Below are positions 59,369 through 64,000 of a stretch of 64,000 nt of DNA, one piece after another. The notes under the pieces were generated by a model. That model saw only the letters and a program-made list of their open reading frames with translations. It was not told where the DNA came from and did no database searches. The first letter of the stretch is position 1. Every line of letters begins with the position of its first letter. Position numbers and translations under genes: made by a program. Location: positions 3,242 to 67,241 of the forward strand of contig CAZJWK010000003.1 of NCBI GenBank assembly GCA_964549595.1, written 5' to 3'. This stretch comes from an uncultured Sphingobacteriales bacterium (GTDB lineage: Bacteria > Bacteroidota > Bacteroidia > CAILMK01 > CAYYUA01).

Positions 59369-60796
59369 TTACTTACCCCTCCCCTGGAAAATAATGAGGA
59401 AGGTATAGAAAAGGATTTTCAAATCCATAGCCAGGGACATGTTTTCAATGTACAGGATATCGAATTTAAGACGTTCCACCATTTCATCCACATTTTCTGC
59501 GTAACCAAATTTAACTTGCCCCCAGGAAGTGATACCCGGTTTAACCCGGAGCAAATGTTTATAGTGCGGAGCAACTTCCATAATCTGGTCAATGTAATAT
59601 TGGCGTTCCGGCCGGGGTCCGACCAAAGCCATATCCCCTTTCAAAACATTGTAAAACTGCGGTAATTCATCCAGGCGGTATTTGCGAAGAAAACGACCAA
59701 ATGGTGTGACCCTTGGATCATCTTCACTGGAAAGCTGAGGGCCGTTTTTCTCTGCATCTTTGCGCATGGTACGAAATTTATAAATATAAAACGGTTGATC
59801 ATGCTGGCCAACCCGCTCTTGCTTGAAAAATATGGGCCCCTTTGAGGTCAACTTTATGCCAATAATGACAAATAAGAAAAGGGGTAAAGCCAGAATCAGT
59901 AACAGGAAAGAAACCACCACATCCAATATCCGCTTAATATTCCGCTGCCATTGGGGCATGATCCACGGTGTAATCTCGATCAGGGCTGTCCCGAAAATGT
60001 AATTCATCTTAACCATGCCCGTGATAATGTCGTACATATCCGGGATTACCTTAATAACCACATTTTGGTCCTCTAAAAGGGAAACGATTTTTTTGATGCG
60101 GTCATGCTCCGAACTTTCCAGGGCAATAATCACCTCATCCACGTGGTTTTCTTTGATCACATCCGGTAATTCGTCATAACACCCTAAATTGGGCATATAA
60201 GGGTTCAACTTATCCGGGGAATTGTCTTCAATATTTAAAAAGCCTACAAAGTTGTAACCTTGTGAATACGGTTCATTTTCCAACTCTTTATAAAGATCCA
60301 CGGCTTTGTCATTACTACCCACCATGATGGTATTAAAACCAATTTCCCGGTTCTTCAGCCTGTTTTTCAACCTGGTTAGGTGGATAAACCTCACCGTGTA
60401 TAACACAATAAATTGGGAAAGGAATAAAGTAAGAAAAGTATACCGGTAAGTTTGGTAGGAAGGGACCCAATCATCCAGGAGCAATACAAAAAATAAAATG
60501 ATTGTGCCGATAAAGGTGACGACCAGGGTTTTAATCAACTCATTCATCCGGGATTTCCGGTAAATATGCCTGTATGTGCCTAAAATTCCGTATATGCCCA
60601 CCCAGAATAAGGGAACAAAAACAATCCCTAAATAAAAATTGTAATCAAAGCTGATCGGGATGTCATAGCCCAAAGCCTCCGGCTCAATAAAAGCTTTGCG
60701 GTAAATAAAAAAGGAGCACCATACAACAGCAGAGGCCAGAAAATCTCCGACAAAGTATTTTATTCGTTCTTTTTTTCTGTTTAATCGGTTAATCAT
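59369..60796 (-). CDS. Polyprenyl-phosphate sugar phosphotransferase (bacterial sugar transferase, WbaP/exopolysaccharide-initiating type)
   Basis: 475 aa; N-terminal TM helices; C-terminal LPQFYNVLKGDMALVGPRPE catalytic motif. Confidence 0.8.
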   Translation of the reverse strand: MINRLNRKKERIKYFVGDFLASAVVWCSFFIYRKAFIEPEALGYDIPISFDYNFYLGIVFVPLFWVGIYGILGTYRHIYRKSRMNELIKTLVVTFIGTIILFFVLLLDDWVPSYQTYRYTFLTLFLSQFIVLYTVRFIHLTRLKNRLKNREIGFNTIMVGSNDKAVDLYKELENEPYSQGYNFVGFLNIEDNSPDKLNPYMPNLGCYDELPDVIKENHVDEVIIALESSEHDRIKKIVSLLEDQNVVIKVIPDMYDIITGMVKMNYIFGTALIEITPWIMPQWQRNIKRILDVVVSFLLLILALPLFLFVIIGIKLTSKGPIFFKQERVGQHDQPFYIYKFRTMRKDAEKNGPQLSSEDDPRVTPFGRFLRKYRLDELPQFYNVLKGDMALVGPRPERQYYIDQIMEVAPHYKHLLRVKPGITSWGQVKFGYAENVDEMVERLKFDILYIENMSLAMDLKILFYTFLIIFQGRGK

Positions 60797-61685
60797 GAAT
60801 TAGTTTCAAATTGTCCATGTAAAAAGTGGCCTTTCCGCTATTCCTTTTCTCTTTACCAAAAAAGAGGCGAAAATCGTATTTGCGCGGGAAATTTTGTACA
60901 TTCCGCTTCAGGTTAATGTAGATTTTTTTCCATTTGCCGTTGGTTTCGTTTAAAATGAGCTTACTCCTTTTTACCTCATTCTTTCCTGTGGCCGGGTCAG
61001 CAATCAACCCCATTTTCACCTCGATATCGGTTTTGAAGTTAAGTTCAAGGTAAATAGATGCATCTCGCGGTAAATCCGTTGCATTTTTTTTCAAAACCTC
61101 AAAAAAACGGGTATTGCCATTATCATTAAAAGGCACTTTTAATGAGCCATTGCCATCAAATACCTCATTAGGGTCCTGGGTAATTTTAAAATCTACGTTG
61201 GCTTCCGGATTATTTTCAATGGACAAATTACCCGGATCATCAAAATTTTCCACCCATGCATAATTAATTTTGTCCGCATACTCAGCCTGAAGGGTACCAA
61301 GGGAATCTGTTTCATTCGCTTCCAGGTACAAACTGGTATCAATAGGTTTATAAAAAGGATACTGGCCCCTTGTATTGGAAATGCCATTGTTTAATATCCC
61401 GGCTCGTATAAATACTTCTTGTTCCTCTTTTTTTAGCACTGGAATGGTTGCAGGCAATTCAAATACGCCAACGAAGTCATTTCCTACCTGAACCCAGGCA
61501 TCTACGATTTTATGAGAGGCATTGTCAATAGCTCTGTTTGGCGCATTCTTTACAGTTATGGAATCAATATGGATATATGCAGGGACCTCCTCTTCAGGAT
61601 TTATGATATCACATTGGGGCAATAGCCCTGCACTTAACACCAAAAAAAGACCAAAAATTTTTGCGCGAACCGGCATATTAAGCAT
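60789..61685 (-). CDS. Hypothetical secreted/lipoprotein, Asn-rich, embedded in the polysaccharide locus
   Basis: 298 aa; signal peptide with Cys (LLPQCD); overlaps both neighbours by 8 nt (operonic). Confidence 0.55.
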   Translation of the reverse strand: MLNMPVRAKIFGLFLVLSAGLLPQCDIINPEEEVPAYIHIDSITVKNAPNRAIDNASHKIVDAWVQVGNDFVGVFELPATIPVLKKEEQEVFIRAGILNNGISNTRGQYPFYKPIDTSLYLEANETDSLGTLQAEYADKINYAWVENFDDPGNLSIENNPEANVDFKITQDPNEVFDGNGSLKVPFNDNGNTRFFEVLKKNATDLPRDASIYLELNFKTDIEVKMGLIADPATGKNEVKRSKLILNETNGKWKKIYINLKRNVQNFPRKYDFRLFFGKEKRNSGKATFYMDNLKLIHD

Positions 61686-62664
61686 CCACTTTTACCGCAT
61701 TTACTTTATCCAGAATTTTGTGGGCCAACATAAGGGCTTCATACCCTTCTTCGACAGTTACAGGAGGAGGACAATCGGATTGAATGGCCTTTGCAAAACC
61801 TTCCAGCTCCATCTGGATGGAATTGACTTCAGGGGATTCCGGAGATTCATAGCTTATAACCTTGGAAGCCCTTCCGGTCCCGGTATCAAATTCCATGTAG
61901 TATTGATCTTCGCTTATGTCCTCTTTGTCACGCATCTTAAAGATGTTTGCTTGCTTTTTCTGGAAATCAACCGTCACGTAAGCCGATTTCTGAAAAATCC
62001 GCATTTTCCTTTCTTTTTTCAGTGAAATACGGCTGGCGGTCAAGTTGGCTACTGCGCCATTGTGAAATTCAATGCGGGCTGAAGCAATATCAGGTGTTTC
62101 ACTGACAACATCCACTCCACTGGCTGAAATGTATTTGACCGGAGATTTCAGCAGGCTTAAAACAATATCCAGGTCGTGGATCATCAAATCCAAAACGACA
62201 GAAACATCAGTTCCTCTGGGCTGGAACTTAGCCAGCCGGTGTGATTCAATAAATACCGGTTCCAGGTTATAATCAACCGCTGATAAATACCCCGGATTGA
62301 AACGTTCCACATGACCTACCTGTGCTTTAACCCCTGCCTCCTGAACCAATTTCATTAAAGATTCGGCTTCCTTGGCCGTATTTGTCATTGGTTTTTCTAT
62401 AAAAACATGCTTTCCTAAACGGATCGCCTCTTCAGCACATTCATAATGCGATAGCGTGGAGGTCACTATATCGACTGCATCAACATCATTCAATAATGTG
62501 GCTATATCATTATAGGCAGTGATTTCGAATTCCTTTTTTACATAATCCGATTTGGCTTTATCCGGATCGTAAAACCCGATTAATTCAAAGCCTGAGACTT
62601 GTTTTAACAACTTCAGGTGGATCTGGCCCAAATGACCAGCACCTAATACACCAATTCGAATCAT
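61678..62664 (-). CDS. Gfo/Idh/MocA-family NAD(P)-dependent oxidoreductase (sugar-nucleotide dehydrogenase-like, e.g. WbpB-type)
   Basis: 328 aa; N-terminal Rossmann MIRIGVLGAGHLG; EKP motif (IEKPM). Confidence 0.75.
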   Translation of the reverse strand: MIRIGVLGAGHLGQIHLKLLKQVSGFELIGFYDPDKAKSDYVKKEFEITAYNDIATLLNDVDAVDIVTSTLSHYECAEEAIRLGKHVFIEKPMTNTAKEAESLMKLVQEAGVKAQVGHVERFNPGYLSAVDYNLEPVFIESHRLAKFQPRGTDVSVVLDLMIHDLDIVLSLLKSPVKYISASGVDVVSETPDIASARIEFHNGAVANLTASRISLKKERKMRIFQKSAYVTVDFQKKQANIFKMRDKEDISEDQYYMEFDTGTGRASKVISYESPESPEVNSIQMELEGFAKAIQSDCPPPVTVEEGYEALMLAHKILDKVNAVKVDA

Positions 62665-63055
62665 AATAACAACCCCTTTCGAAAAGGAAATTTTAAAATT
62701 TGTTCTAAAAGATGGCTTTTTTCCTTATTGAGATTCTCCAAACGGCATTCCCCCAACCTTAAAAGCCTATTAAGCAAGCATTAACTTTTCGTTAAGGTTA
62801 TTTTAATTAACATTCAAAGGTACTCATTATAGGAAAAAACCAAAAGAAAGCCTTTAAGGGTCCGCAATAAAATAACTTTAACAAAACCTACGGATCCCCT
62901 TAACCCATGAAAGCAGTAATAAAAATGCAATGGTAAAATTTATTCAATGCCACGCTTTAAAACAAGACCCGGAAACTTTAGGCCCGGAGAACCTGATATG
63001 GGTAAAAGGATTCGGTTTTCCTGAATTCAAAGGGTATTAAAAGATCAGCACTAAG

Positions 63056-63613
63056 CTATGGGCTATCATTGGCCAGGTTCTTAAGAATCTCGTAATTCCG
63101 GTCATTTAAGCCGTCAATGGCTTCCAGAACCTCCAGCATGACTTGTTTTTCAGGTTCCGTGATAAAAGGTTTCTCAGGGTCAGGCTCAATGAAATAGCTT
63201 AGGAAGCCTCTGAAGACATCAAAAAAATTATGGAAATTACTAAAAATCCAGTTGTTCCTTTGGCTTTCCGAACTTACCCTGGCAGCAGAAAGCATAAGGT
63301 CAAGGACATCATTGGATAAATCATAGCCCTTTTTGTTTTTTTGCTTGAGGGCTTCCAGAAAAATCTCCTTAACCCTTTCCGTATTTTTGGTGACAAAATC
63401 CAGCTCTTTTTCTAACGCTTGTTCATCCAGGTTTTTGGCTTTGGCCTCTTCTTTCGCTTCATGCCTGATGTAGCCCTCCTCAAACCAATCAATCTTACCA
63501 TCTGCCTCTATGACCAAAATAGAAGGAAATAAATAAACCAATTCTTCAAATAACTGGTAATTGATTTTGGGATTTTGCCTTAATTCCCGGTAACGCCTGA
63601 TTTGTTCCTCCAT
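63056..63613 (-). CDS. Hypothetical cytoplasmic protein, no recognisable family
   Basis: 185 aa, acidic/helical; long intergenic regions on both sides. Confidence 0.5.
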   Translation of the reverse strand: MEEQIRRYRELRQNPKINYQLFEELVYLFPSILVIEADGKIDWFEEGYIRHEAKEEAKAKNLDEQALEKELDFVTKNTERVKEIFLEALKQKNKKGYDLSNDVLDLMLSAARVSSESQRNNWIFSNFHNFFDVFRGFLSYFIEPDPEKPFITEPEKQVMLEVLEAIDGLNDRNYEILKNLANDSP

Positions 63614-63775
63614 AACAATAGCTTTTGAAATGATTTGGGCTTTATTGCCCGCAAATTTCCCAATTTCCCAATGAAAATTTTCTACCCCTTCTTCTTTTAT
63701 TTAACCCAATCGAACAATTTGAATGGTATATTTTTTGTCTTAGAAGGTTTTCGCCAACGTTATAAAGTGTCAATA

Positions 63776-64000
63776 ATGCCGCGCTATTGCTCCAAGAGTC
63801 ATTTTAAAATCTTTCTTTCTTTATTCCTTGGTATTTTGTATTTGCATCCGTTCACGGTTTCAGGCCAATCCCAGGGAACCATTCAGGGTAAAATTACCAA
63901 GCGCAAAAATCAAGATCCGCTTGAATACGTGAACATCATACTGAAAAAAAAGGGGGAATCCGGAAACCTTAGCGGGACAACCACCAACGGCAAAGGACGG
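63776..64000 (+). CDS. TonB-dependent receptor (SusC/CarbPepReg-type N-terminus), 5' fragment truncated by window end
   Basis: Signal peptide then carboxypeptidase-regulatory-like motif QGTIQGKITK...PLEYVNIIL typical of Bacteroidetes TBDR N-termini. Confidence 0.6.
   Translation, partial: MPRYCSKSHFKIFLSLFLGILYLHPFTVSGQSQGTIQGKITKRKNQDPLEYVNIILKKKGESGNLSGTTTNGKGR

Noticed and set aside
1-64000. CRISPR arrays, IS elements, integrases, rRNA/tRNA genes
   Set aside because: No direct-repeat/spacer periodicity, no transposase/integrase-like ORFs and no RNA-gene-like conserved boxes were seen; the window reads as core chromosome.

Overview
This window looks like a densely packed core-chromosome segment of a Bacteroidota genome at roughly 40-45% GC. 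Two proteins carry type IX secretion (T9SS) C-terminal sorting domains, there is a DUF5684-LepB fusion, and the parA-parB-DUF5683-dapB-lepB synteny is typical of Bacteroidetes; family-level assignment is not possible from sequence alone. I can support about 58 protein-coding genes on both strands.

The housekeeping set is tsaC/sua5, lepB, dapB, parA/parB, rnz, trxB, mnmA, aroB, pheT, zapA, rny, deoC and secA. There is also a MarR-regulated RND efflux operon (periplasmic adaptor, RND pump, TolC), two T9SS cargo proteins (an S8 subtilase and a BNR/sortilin-like protein), a three-gene polysaccharide-initiation module, and the 5' end of a TonB-dependent receptor at the window edge.

I saw no rRNA, tRNA, CRISPR array, transposase, integrase or obvious prophage/ICE content, and no clearly novel multi-gene system.

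The loci most worth a second look are:
- Around 37.0-41.7 kb, an orphan REC-only response regulator sits after an AT-rich 420-bp intergenic region, followed by a cytoplasmic (signal-less) BtuF-like binding-fold protein and a convergent ChlI/BchI-like AAA+ ATPase plus VWA/MIDAS protein pair in an apparently non-photosynthetic context.
- At 25.6-28.6 kb, a small TIGR04283-like GT2, a standalone THEP1-type NTPase and a membrane-anchored DUF6605-like protein sit together.
- At 57.4-59.3 kb, a 62-aa membrane protein is translationally coupled on both sides, to an 835-aa PIG-L-family fusion protein upstream and a sodium:solute symporter with a long charged coiled-coil insertion downstream.
- Two small proteins are missed or easily overlooked.
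- The zapA-rny spacer contains a structured, T-tract-terminated RNA element.

All functional calls come from motif and fold recognition by eye. No database searches were run.
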